This document shows, one piece after another, positions 9,031 to 17,254 of a DNA stretch of 32,000 nt (positions within the stretch are counted from its first letter, which is position 1; every line of letters starts with the position of its first letter). Origin of the DNA: an uncultured Clostridia bacterium (GTDB lineage: Bacteria > Bacillota > Clostridia > TANB77 > RGIG9151); the NCBI GenBank assembly GCA_934500865.1, contig CAKSUD010000003.1, positions 9,817 to 41,816 of the forward strand, read 5' to 3'. Position numbers and translations under genes: made by a program. The notes below the pieces were generated by a model. That model did not search any database. It was not told where the DNA came from and was given only the letters and a program-made list of their open reading frames with translations.

Positions 9031-10317
9031 CTAACTAGCAGAACTTTTTGCTTCTGCTTGTAGATTATTGGATATTTCATTCATATTTATTTTTCTTGTA
9101 TGTGCTGTATGGCTCCATTCCTTTTTATCTGAATGTAGCATACCTACTATTGTTATAGGAACCCAAGTTAAGTTATAAAATGGATAAACTAAATAAGCAA
9201 ATAATACTTTTAGATTAAATCTTCTCTCTGACATTATTATTAATGGACCATATAAGAATTGAGCTACCAAGAATACCATCCAAACATAATTAGGAATAAT
9301 GTAATTCATTTGGAATATTCCGCCTTGCGGGTAGAAGAATTGCATATAGGCAAGAATTGTTACTATGCCATAAACAATAATTCTAAGTGGTTGCAATAAA
9401 TAAGTAGCACAGTCAAACGCAACTAAGTTTTTTTCTTTAATTGCTTTATGCATAAGTTGGAAGAAAAATCTTCCTGTACAATCTGCATATCCTTGCATCC
9501 AACGAATTCTTTGATTCCAAGATTGTTTTAATGTAAGTGGTTTTTCGTCATATACAATGGCATCATGAGACCAGCCTACATAAATACCACGTAATGCAAG
9601 TTTCATAGTGAACTCTAAGTCTTCTGTAAGACAAGTTGCTCCCCAACCCATTTCACGAATAAGTTCAGAATCTACACAAAATCCTGTTCCACAAAGCCCA
9701 CAGGACATATGCAAATATGAACGTGGTAACTGATAAAGTCGGTTTGCTGTCCAGAAAGCAATTGAGTAAGATGCTGTTATCCAAGAGTCAAAAGGATTTT
9801 TGCTATCGATATATCCTTGAATAACTCTATATCCTTCGAGCATTCTTTTATTCATTTCCATAAGGAATCGTGGGTCTACCAAGTTGTCCGCATCAAATAC
9901 ACAAAAGGCATCATATTTCTTTTCCATCTTGAAGATTTTATCGAATGCCCATTCTAATGCGAAACCTTTACCTTTTTCAATTTTATTAAATCTTCTTAAA
10001 ACAATTGCGCCATGCTCTTGGGCAATGTCTGCTGTTTTATCGGTACAGTTATCTGCAACGACAAAGATATCATATAATTCATTTGGATATTTAATATTTT
10101 TTAAGCTGTCAACTAATTCACTAATAACAATTTCTTCATTGTGTGCAGCAACTACCATAGCAAATTTCTTAGTAGGCTTAAATGAAGAAGCAGGTTTTTC
10201 TTTACGCTTTATCCACCCCACAATAGAAATAGAGAAAAAGTATATAGCTAATATTAAAATTAAAAATTGAAGTAACATGCTTAAAAAATATAATAATCCT
10301 TCTTTAATAACTAACAT
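9031..10317 (-). CDS. Membrane-embedded processive family-2 glycosyltransferase (IcaA/PgaC/NodC-like synthase)
   Basis: The GT2 catalytic motifs occur in order: 'VVAAHNEE', 'VVADNCTD', 'FDADN', 'TEDLEF' and 'QRIRWMQG' (QxxRW). There is one N-terminal TM and about four C-terminal TMs. The start at ATG 10317 (MLVIKEG) lies downstream of the mapped promoter; the track start at 10416 lies upstream of that promoter. Confidence 0.8.
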   Translation of the reverse strand: MLVIKEGLLYFLSMLLQFLILILAIYFFSISIVGWIKRKEKPASSFKPTKKFAMVVAAHNEEIVISELVDSLKNIKYPNELYDIFVVADNCTDKTADIAQEHGAIVLRRFNKIEKGKGFALEWAFDKIFKMEKKYDAFCVFDADNLVDPRFLMEMNKRMLEGYRVIQGYIDSKNPFDSWITASYSIAFWTANRLYQLPRSYLHMSCGLCGTGFCVDSELIREMGWGATCLTEDLEFTMKLALRGIYVGWSHDAIVYDEKPLTLKQSWNQRIRWMQGYADCTGRFFFQLMHKAIKEKNLVAFDCATYLLQPLRIIVYGIVTILAYMQFFYPQGGIFQMNYIIPNYVWMVFLVAQFLYGPLIIMSERRFNLKVLFAYLVYPFYNLTWVPITIVGMLHSDKKEWSHTAHTRKINMNEISNNLQAEAKSSAS

Positions 10318-10353
10318 TAAAAAACATCCTTTCAAGAGAATTACCACCAAGCT

Positions 10354-10382
10354 ATAATAACTTTTTTTTGCCAAAATGTCAA
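10354..10382 (-). promoter_or_regulatory. sigmaA-type promoter of the GT2-mgtC-murA-MBL operon
   Basis: On the minus strand: TTGACA (10382-10377), 17 nt spacer, TATTAT (10359-10354). Confidence 0.65.
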
Positions 10383-10451
10383 TATAAACTACTAGAGCTA
10401 TATTCTCTTGTTGCAATGGTATTCAATATTGAAACGTACCCTTTTAAAATG

Positions 10452-10479
10452 TTGCAAAATTGCATAATTATGATAAAAT
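10452..10479 (+). promoter_or_regulatory. sigmaA-type promoter (extended -10) of the rimO operon
   Basis: TTGCAA (10452-10457), 16 nt spacer containing TG at 10471-10472, TAAAAT (10474-10479). It is divergent from the GT2 operon promoter. Confidence 0.6.
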
Positions 10480-10510
10480 ATAGAAGAAAAATTATTAAAG
10501 GGGAATAAAT

Positions 10511-11818
10511 ATGACAAAAATTGCTGTTGTTTCATTAGGATGTAATAAAAATTTGGTTGATTCCGAAATGATTTTGGGATTGCTTGTAAAGCGTGGATAT
10601 GAAATCGTTTCAGACGAGGCTTTAGCAGATATAATTATAATCAATACTTGCGCTTTTATTCACGATGCAAAACAGGAATCAATAGATAAAATTATAGAAA
10701 TTGGAAAACTAAAATCCGGAAATTGTAAAGGAATAATTGCTACCGGTTGTTTGGCTACAAGATATGAAAAAGAAATAAAGGAGTCTTTGCCGGAAGTCGA
10801 CTGCGTTGCAAAGATTAATGACTATGATGAAATAATAGATTTCATAGATAAAAAAATGAAAGATAGTGAAATAGATAAAAACATAAGAAGAATTAAATTT
10901 GGAGAAAGAATAAGATCTACAGCTCCATATTCTGCATATGTAAAAATTGCAGATGGATGTGATAATTGCTGTACATATTGTGTAATACCGTCTATAAGAG
11001 GGAAACATAAGAGCCGTAGTATTGAAGATATTGAAGAAGAAGTAAAAAGTCTAGTTAATGACGGTGTTACAGAGATAATTTTAACTGCTCAAGATACTAC
11101 TTATTATGGTATAGATAATTATGGAGAAAGAAAACTTGCAGAACTTATAGAAAAATTAGTAAAGATTGACGGTGTTCATTGGATTAGATTCCAATATTCT
11201 TATCCGGAAGGAATTACTGATGAATTATTAAAAGTAGTAAAGGAAAACGATAAGGTATGTAAATATTTTGATATACCGCTTCAACATTGTAACGATGAAA
11301 TGTTAAGACTAATGGGAAGAAAAACTACTAAGAAAGAAATAATGTCACTAATACAGAAAATAAGAAACGAAATACCGGAAGCTGTAATTAGGACATCATT
11401 AATTGTCGGATTTCCTACTGAAACAGAGGAACAATTTAATGAGTTAAATGAGTTCGTAAAAGAAGTAAAACTAGATAGATTAGGAGTTTTTACTTATTCG
11501 AAAGAAGAAGGAACACCGGCTGCTAAGTTAAAAGGACAAGTAGCTTCAAAAATAAAAAAGCAAAGACAAAGCATAATTATGGAAAATCAGCAAAAAATAT
11601 CTTTAGAAAAAAATAAAGAAAAAATAGGAAAAGAATTTGAAGTATTAGTAGAAGGAGCATTAGAGGACGGAACATTTTTCGGAAGAACATATCAAGATGC
11701 TCCGGAAGTTGATGGATTAGCTTTTATAGAATCGGAACGTGAATTGGTACTTGGAGAATATTATATGGTTAGAGTAATTGATGCAAAAGAGTATGATGTT
11801 GTATGTGAGCTAATTTAA
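10511..11818 (+). CDS. rimO: Ribosomal protein S12 methylthiotransferase RimO
   Basis: N-terminal UPF0004 cluster cysteines ('SLGCNKNLVDSE', 'NTCAFI', 'TGCL'), radical SAM 'CDNCCTYC', and a C-terminal TRAM domain. 435 aa. Confidence 0.85.
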   Translation: MTKIAVVSLGCNKNLVDSEMILGLLVKRGYEIVSDEALADIIIINTCAFIHDAKQESIDKIIEIGKLKSGNCKGIIATGCLATRYEKEIKESLPEVDCVAKINDYDEIIDFIDKKMKDSEIDKNIRRIKFGERIRSTAPYSAYVKIADGCDNCCTYCVIPSIRGKHKSRSIEDIEEEVKSLVNDGVTEIILTAQDTTYYGIDNYGERKLAELIEKLVKIDGVHWIRFQYSYPEGITDELLKVVKENDKVCKYFDIPLQHCNDEMLRLMGRKTTKKEIMSLIQKIRNEIPEAVIRTSLIVGFPTETEEQFNELNEFVKEVKLDRLGVFTYSKEEGTPAAKLKGQVASKIKKQRQSIIMENQQKISLEKNKEKIGKEFEVLVEGALEDGTFFGRTYQDAPEVDGLAFIESERELVLGEYYMVRVIDAKEYDVVCELI

Positions 11819-11831
11819 GAGGTGAAGACTG

Positions 11832-12602
11832 TTGGAAATAAAGGTTAATGGAATAAATGTAAATTACATAGATGAGGGAGAAGGAACACCGGTTTTATTT
11901 CTACAAGGTTGGGGAACGAATATTGAACTCTATAAAAAACTTACAAATAAGATTGCAACTTTAGGGAGAATTATAGCTCTGGACTTGCCTGGATTTGGTA
12001 AAACAGCTGAGCCGAATGAAGCATGGAATGTAGAACAGTATTCTGAATTCGTTAAATTATTTATTAAAGCACTTGGATTAAAAAATGTAGTTTTAATGGG
12101 TCATTCTTTTGGGGGAAGAGTAATTATTAAACTTATGTCTAATTTAGATAGTGAGTTTAAAGTGGAAAAAATAGTTTTACTTGATAGTGCCGGAATAAAA
12201 CCTAAGGCGACACTAAAACAACAATTAAAGCAAAGATGGTTTAAAGTATGCAAAAAGGTGGCAAACTCTAAAATATGCAGAAAAATAAAACCAGGTTTGG
12301 TTGAAAAGCTTCAAAGTAAGCATGGCTCTGCAGATTATAGAAAAGCTACCCCGTTAATGCGACAAGTTATGGTAAAGGCAATAAATGAGGACTTAACGGA
12401 GTATTTACCTAATATAAAAGTTCCGACCTTGCTTGTGTGGGGTGATATGGATACTGCAACACCACTTTCTGATGCTAAAATTATGGAGGAGCGTATACCT
12501 GATGCCGGATTAGTAGTGCTAAAGAATACAGGACATTACTCTTTTTTAGAGGACTTTTATACTTTTAGCAGGGTTATAGAATCGTTTTTGGGAGGAAAGT
12601 AG
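11832..12602 (+). CDS. Alpha/beta-fold hydrolase
   Basis: Nucleophile elbow 'GHSFGG', 'LLVWGDMD' and 'TGHYSF' (Asp/His). TTG start 6 nt after GAGGTGA. The stop abuts the next ATG. Confidence 0.75.
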   Translation: MEIKVNGINVNYIDEGEGTPVLFLQGWGTNIELYKKLTNKIATLGRIIALDLPGFGKTAEPNEAWNVEQYSEFVKLFIKALGLKNVVLMGHSFGGRVIIKLMSNLDSEFKVEKIVLLDSAGIKPKATLKQQLKQRWFKVCKKVANSKICRKIKPGLVEKLQSKHGSADYRKATPLMRQVMVKAINEDLTEYLPNIKVPTLLVWGDMDTATPLSDAKIMEERIPDAGLVVLKNTGHYSFLEDFYTFSRVIESFLGGK

Positions 12603-14153
12603 ATGATTATTGCAATAGGCTTTTTGTTATTGATGTTTTTTATAAATATAAATTTAACAATGCTTTATTATATTCATATGTACCAACTTAATTCTTATCA
12701 AGCGTTATCTCATATAAATTGGATTAAATCTAAATTTGTAAAAGACATAGTTTTTAGAAATTGTTGGTTGGTGATTCCTGTTGTAATAAGTTTTTCAGAC
12801 AATTTAGTTTTATTTGTAACAGGAACTATAATGAGTTATGTGTTAACGTTTACTGTAAATAGAAAGAAAGTGCAAAAAAAGCCGTTAGTTTATACCGGTA
12901 GAGCAACTAGATTAATAATAACATTGGGAATATTAAATTTAGTTGTATGTATTTTATCAATGAGATATTTAACTATATGGCAGACTTCAATTTTATTAGC
13001 TGCTTGGACGATATTACTGCCTGTTTTAGTTATGTTTGCCGGAATTATTAATTCTCCAATAGAGAAAAGTATTAATAATAAATTTATAAAAGAGGCAAAA
13101 AAAATAATTGATGATATGCCACAACTTACGGTTATAGGCATAACAGGTAGTTACGGTAAAACTAGTACAAAATATTTTTTGAATAAAATCTTGTCTGTAA
13201 AATATAATGTTTTGATGACACCGGGAAATTATAATACAACATTAGGTGTTGTAAGAACTATTAGAGAAAAATTAAATGCGACACATCAGATTTTTTTATG
13301 TGAAATGGGAGCAAGACATGTAAATGATATAAAAGAAATTTGTGATTTGGTGAAGCCTAAATACGGTATAATTTCTTCAATAGGTCCTCAACATCTAGAA
13401 ACTTTTTTCACAATAGATAATGTTATAAAAACAAAATTCGAGTTGGCAGATGCAATTCCAAGTGATGGTGCAATATTTTTAAACTATAATAACGAATATA
13501 TTAAGAATCATAAAACCGATAAAAATACTGTGACATATGGCTTTAACAACGAAGAATATGCAGCTTATGATATAAAAGTTAATTCAAAAGGAAGCAGTTT
13601 TACAGTTAAGTCTAAGACAGGAGAGGTAGAGACTTTTAAAACAAAACTTATCGGTAGACACAATGTTGAAAATATTTTAGGTGCAATCGCAGTTGGAAAT
13701 AAATTGGGAATTTCTTTGAGTGATATGGTTTATGCGGTAAAAACATTAGAAGCAGTACCTCATAGATTGGAGTTAGTGAAAGGAAATAATGCCACATTAA
13801 TAGATGATGCATATAATTCAAATCCTGTTGGTGCAAAGGCTGCACTAGATACATTAAACTGTTTTGAAGGTATAAAGATTTTAATAACTCCCGGAATGAT
13901 AGAATTAGGAGATAAGCAGTTTGAATGTAATAAAGAATTTGGTAAGCAAGCAACAGCAGTTTGCGACTATATAGTTTTAGTTGGTAAAGAGCAAGCCAAA
14001 CCTTTAATGGAAGGTATAGAGGAAACTAAGTTTGATATGAGTAAGTTATTTGTTGCCGACAATTTTAACGAGGGAATAAAGTGGATTTCTGAGTTAAAGT
14101 GTGATAAAGAAAAGTTTGTATTAATAGAAAATGACTTGCCGGATAATTATTAA
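12603..14153 (+). CDS. murF: MurF-like UDP-MurNAc-tripeptide--D-alanyl-D-alanine ligase with an N-terminal polytopic membrane domain
   Basis: Residues from about 175 to the end align by eye with MurF: 'GITGSYGKTSTK', 'GNYNTTLGV', 'EMGARHVNDI', 'GPQHLETF', 'GRHNVENILGA', 'PHRLE', 'DDAYNSNP', 'GMIELG'. The first 150-160 aa are four or five hydrophobic helices instead of the soluble MurF domain 1. Confidence 0.75.
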   Translation: MIIAIGFLLLMFFININLTMLYYIHMYQLNSYQALSHINWIKSKFVKDIVFRNCWLVIPVVISFSDNLVLFVTGTIMSYVLTFTVNRKKVQKKPLVYTGRATRLIITLGILNLVVCILSMRYLTIWQTSILLAAWTILLPVLVMFAGIINSPIEKSINNKFIKEAKKIIDDMPQLTVIGITGSYGKTSTKYFLNKILSVKYNVLMTPGNYNTTLGVVRTIREKLNATHQIFLCEMGARHVNDIKEICDLVKPKYGIISSIGPQHLETFFTIDNVIKTKFELADAIPSDGAIFLNYNNEYIKNHKTDKNTVTYGFNNEEYAAYDIKVNSKGSSFTVKSKTGEVETFKTKLIGRHNVENILGAIAVGNKLGISLSDMVYAVKTLEAVPHRLELVKGNNATLIDDAYNSNPVGAKAALDTLNCFEGIKILITPGMIELGDKQFECNKEFGKQATAVCDYIVLVGKEQAKPLMEGIEETKFDMSKLFVADNFNEGIKWISELKCDKEKFVLIENDLPDNY

Positions 14154-14168
14154 ATGGGAGGAATTTGT

Positions 14169-15347
14169 ATGAAAATTAAAGTTGGAGTGTTTTTTGGCGG
14201 TAAAAGTGTAGAACATGAAATTTCAATAATAAGTGCTGTTCAGGCAATGCTTTCGTTAGATACTGAAAAGTATGATGTAATTCCTGTGTATATGACTAAA
14301 GATAATAAGTTTTATACAGGTGAACAATTAAAAGATATAGAGAATTATAAGGATATAAAAGCATTACTTGAAAAAGCACAAAGAATAGTTCTTCAAAACA
14401 TAGACGGAAAGGCTACATTACTTTCTTATCCGTTTAAGAAGTTTGGAAAGAATGAAGTGGATTATATAGATGTGGCTTTACCGGTTGTGCATGGAACGAA
14501 TGTTGAAGATGGAAATTTACAAGGATATTTACATATGCTTGAAGTCCCTTATTGTGGTTGTGACGTAATTTCCTCGGCTGTTGGAATGGATAAATTTGCT
14601 CAAAAAGCTATAATGGCATCAAACGGAATTCCGGTTTTACCTGCAAAATGCTTTGATATGAAGAAATATAATAAGGAAAGTAAGCAAATATTAGAGGATA
14701 TAGAAAAGGACATAAGATATCCTATGATTGTTAAGCCTGTAAATTTAGGTTCAAGTGTAGGGATAAGAAAAGTAAAAAATAGAGAAGAATTAGAGGATGC
14801 AATTGACTATGGGTTTGAATTCTCTATGAGGGTTTTAGTTGAACATGCAGTAGAACATTTAAGAGAAATTAATTGCTCTGTGTTAGGAGATTTTGAAAAT
14901 GCAAAGCCTTCTGTTTGTGAGGAACCAGTGAATGCAGATGAAATATTAAGCTATCAAGATAAGTATTTAAGCGGTGAAAAGGGTGGCTCTAAAGGAATGA
15001 GTAGTACCAAACGAAAACTTCCGGCAGATATTCCAACGGAAATATCAGATAAGATAAGAAAATATGCTGTGGAGACTTTTAAAGCATTGGGCTGCAATGG
15101 TGTAGTTAGAATTGACTTCTTAATGGATAATGAAACAAAAGATGTTTGGGTTAATGAAATAAATACGATACCGGGTTCTTTAGCGTTTTACTTATGGGAA
15201 GCTACTGGGCTTAAATATAGGGATATGTTGGATGAGGTAATTAATTTGGGATTAAAGAGAAGTAGAGAGGAAGCTAGTGTTACTTACTCATTTGATACAA
15301 ATGTTTTATCCGGAATAAAATTAGGTGGAAGTAAAGGTAAGTTATAA
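14169..15347 (+). CDS. ddl: D-alanine--D-alanine ligase (long form)
   Basis: 'KVGVFFGGKSVEHEISIISA', 'VVHGTNVEDGNLQGYLHMLEVPYCG', and ATP-grasp motifs 'MIVKPVNLGSSVGI' and 'VRIDFLMD...VNEINTIPG'. The start at ATG 14169 is 6 nt after GGGAGGA. Confidence 0.85.
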   Translation: MKIKVGVFFGGKSVEHEISIISAVQAMLSLDTEKYDVIPVYMTKDNKFYTGEQLKDIENYKDIKALLEKAQRIVLQNIDGKATLLSYPFKKFGKNEVDYIDVALPVVHGTNVEDGNLQGYLHMLEVPYCGCDVISSAVGMDKFAQKAIMASNGIPVLPAKCFDMKKYNKESKQILEDIEKDIRYPMIVKPVNLGSSVGIRKVKNREELEDAIDYGFEFSMRVLVEHAVEHLREINCSVLGDFENAKPSVCEEPVNADEILSYQDKYLSGEKGGSKGMSSTKRKLPADIPTEISDKIRKYAVETFKALGCNGVVRIDFLMDNETKDVWVNEINTIPGSLAFYLWEATGLKYRDMLDEVINLGLKRSREEASVTYSFDTNVLSGIKLGGSKGKL

Positions 15348-15365
15348 AAAAGGTGAACTAAAGTC

Positions 15366-15393
15366 GAGGCTACTTTTCAGCAGCCTCTTTTTT
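15366..15393 (+). terminator. Intrinsic terminator after ddl
   Basis: GAGGCT (15366-15371) pairs with AGCCTC (15382-15387), followed by TTTTTT (15388-15393). Confidence 0.8.
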
Positions 15394-15401
15394 CTTTGTG
15401 T

Positions 15402-15430
15402 TTGACATACATATTTATAAAAGATATAAT
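15402..15430 (+). promoter_or_regulatory. Perfect consensus sigmaA promoter
   Basis: TTGACA (15402-15407), exactly 17 nt spacer, TATAAT (15425-15430). It lies inside the track's over-extended ORF 15396..17204, so the real start must be downstream. Confidence 0.8.
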
Positions 15431-15482
15431 GACTTTACCAACTAAATGTTTTAGTTTTCGAAACCATAAAAAATCAATAAGG

Positions 15483-17204
15483 ATGGTGTGTATTTTGAAA
15501 GATAAAGTTATAAAAAGATTTAAGAATATAAAAGAGCTACTTTATCATTCTGCAAAAATTTATGCTGATAATGTAGCTTTTATGGTAAAAAGCAAAAGTA
15601 AAGAAGGTATTAAATATACGGAACATACCTATTTGGATTTATTAAATGATATAAATTGCTTTGGTACAGCCTTACATAAACTTGGATTAAAAGAGAAAAG
15701 GGTTGCGGTAATTGGGCATAATTGCTATGAATGGGCGGTAGCACATTTAGCTAATTTAATGGGTGATATAGTTTCTGTTCCATTAGATAAGGGACTTCAA
15801 ATTGGAGAATTAGAAAGCTCTTTAATTAGAAGTAAGGTCGACGCAGTAGTATTCGACCATAAATTAAAGGATATTATAAGGGAAATAAAAGAAAGAGGAA
15901 ATACCCAAATACATCACTATATATGCATGGAAAAAACAGATGAGTTCTTATATTTCTATGATTTACTTGAGAGTGGTAAAAAGGAAATAGAAGATGGAAA
16001 TAACGAATATGTAAATTGTAAAATCGATGAATATAAAATGAGCATATTATTATTTACGTCCGGTACTACATCTAGGTCTAAAGCTGTTATGTTAAATCAA
16101 TATGGAATAGCTACCAATATATATGATATGCAATTAGTTGAAACGTTTTACACGGACGATGTTAACATTGCATTTTTACCGTTTCATCATATTTTTGGTT
16201 CTACCGGAATGCTTGTTATGCTAGCTTCAGGAGTGAAAACTGTTTTCCCTGACGGGTTAAAATACATACAACAAAATTTAGTTGAGTATAAAGTATCTGT
16301 ATTTATAGGTGTACCTATATTAATAGATAAAATGTATTCAAACATAATGAAGGAATTAAAAAAACAGAAGAAAGATAAAATTATTAAATTTTTAGTGAAA
16401 TTTAGCAACCTATTATTAAAGTGTCATATAGATGTAAGAAATACTTTCTTTAAGCCTATTAATAATGCGATAGGTGGCAATATGAGAACTATTATATCTG
16501 GAGGAGCTCCGCTTGATGCGAATGTAGCTAAGTGGTTTAATGAAATTGGTATACGTCTTGTTCAAGGGTATGGGCTAACTGAGACGTCTCCTGTTATAGC
16601 TGCAGAAAATGATTATTTAATAAAGAGTGGTACGGTAGGATTACCTATGAAAAATGTCGAAATTAAGATTGAAAACGCCGATGCAAATGGTATAGGTGAA
16701 ATAAAGGTAAAAGGACCTAATGTAATGCTAGGGTATTATGAAGATGAAGAACAAACAAAAGAAGTATTAAAAAACGGATGGTTTTATACAGGTGATTTGG
16801 GTTTTATAGATAAAGATGGGGTTTTATCTATTACAGGAAGAAAAAAAGATTTGATAGTATTAAAAAACGGTAAAAAAGTTTTTCCTGAGGAAATTGAAAT
16901 ATTAATAAATCGATTGGAAGAAGTTGAAGAATCGTTTGTTTATGGATTACCTGATGAAAATGATAAAAATGATGTGAAAGTGGCTGTTAAAATTGTCTAT
17001 GATGAAAAAACAGTTAAATCAAAATATCCGAATGCCTCTTTGGAAGAGTTAAACAAGATAATTTGGGATAAAATTAAGGAAATAAATCAAACTCTTCCTA
17101 TGTATAAACATGTAAAGAAGTTAAGTTTGACAAGCGAACCGTTAATAAAAACATCTACAAATAAGATAAAAAGAAACGAAGAATTAAAGAAAATTTTAAT
17201 GTGA
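15483..17204 (+). CDS. AMP-dependent long-chain acyl-CoA synthetase/ligase (FadD/FAA1-like)
   Basis: Adenylation motifs 'LLFTSGTTSRSKAVML', 'GYGLTETSP', 'YTGDLGFIDKDGVLSITGRKKDLIVLKNGKKVFPEEIE' and the C-terminal 'NKIKR'. The start is ATG 15483, or the in-frame GTG 15486 or TTG 15495, all just after AAGGATGG. Confidence 0.8.
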   Translation: MVCILKDKVIKRFKNIKELLYHSAKIYADNVAFMVKSKSKEGIKYTEHTYLDLLNDINCFGTALHKLGLKEKRVAVIGHNCYEWAVAHLANLMGDIVSVPLDKGLQIGELESSLIRSKVDAVVFDHKLKDIIREIKERGNTQIHHYICMEKTDEFLYFYDLLESGKKEIEDGNNEYVNCKIDEYKMSILLFTSGTTSRSKAVMLNQYGIATNIYDMQLVETFYTDDVNIAFLPFHHIFGSTGMLVMLASGVKTVFPDGLKYIQQNLVEYKVSVFIGVPILIDKMYSNIMKELKKQKKDKIIKFLVKFSNLLLKCHIDVRNTFFKPINNAIGGNMRTIISGGAPLDANVAKWFNEIGIRLVQGYGLTETSPVIAAENDYLIKSGTVGLPMKNVEIKIENADANGIGEIKVKGPNVMLGYYEDEEQTKEVLKNGWFYTGDLGFIDKDGVLSITGRKKDLIVLKNGKKVFPEEIEILINRLEEVEESFVYGLPDENDKNDVKVAVKIVYDEKTVKSKYPNASLEELNKIIWDKIKEINQTLPMYKHVKKLSLTSEPLIKTSTNKIKRNEELKKILM

Positions 17205-17206
17205 AT

Positions 17207-17253
17207 AAAAAGCTCTTTTTTTACCAATAATAATGGTAAAAAAGGGGCTTTTT
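17207..17253 (+). terminator. 20-bp hairpin (terminator-like) that contains the Shine-Dalgarno of the glucan synthase gene
   Basis: 17207-17226 pairs continuously with 17234-17253 (18 Watson-Crick plus 2 G-U pairs, 7-nt loop). It has a 5' A-tract and a 3' T-tract. The SD AAGGGG (17242-17247) is in the 3' arm, and the ATG is at 17255. Confidence 0.55.
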
Positions 17254-17254
17254 T

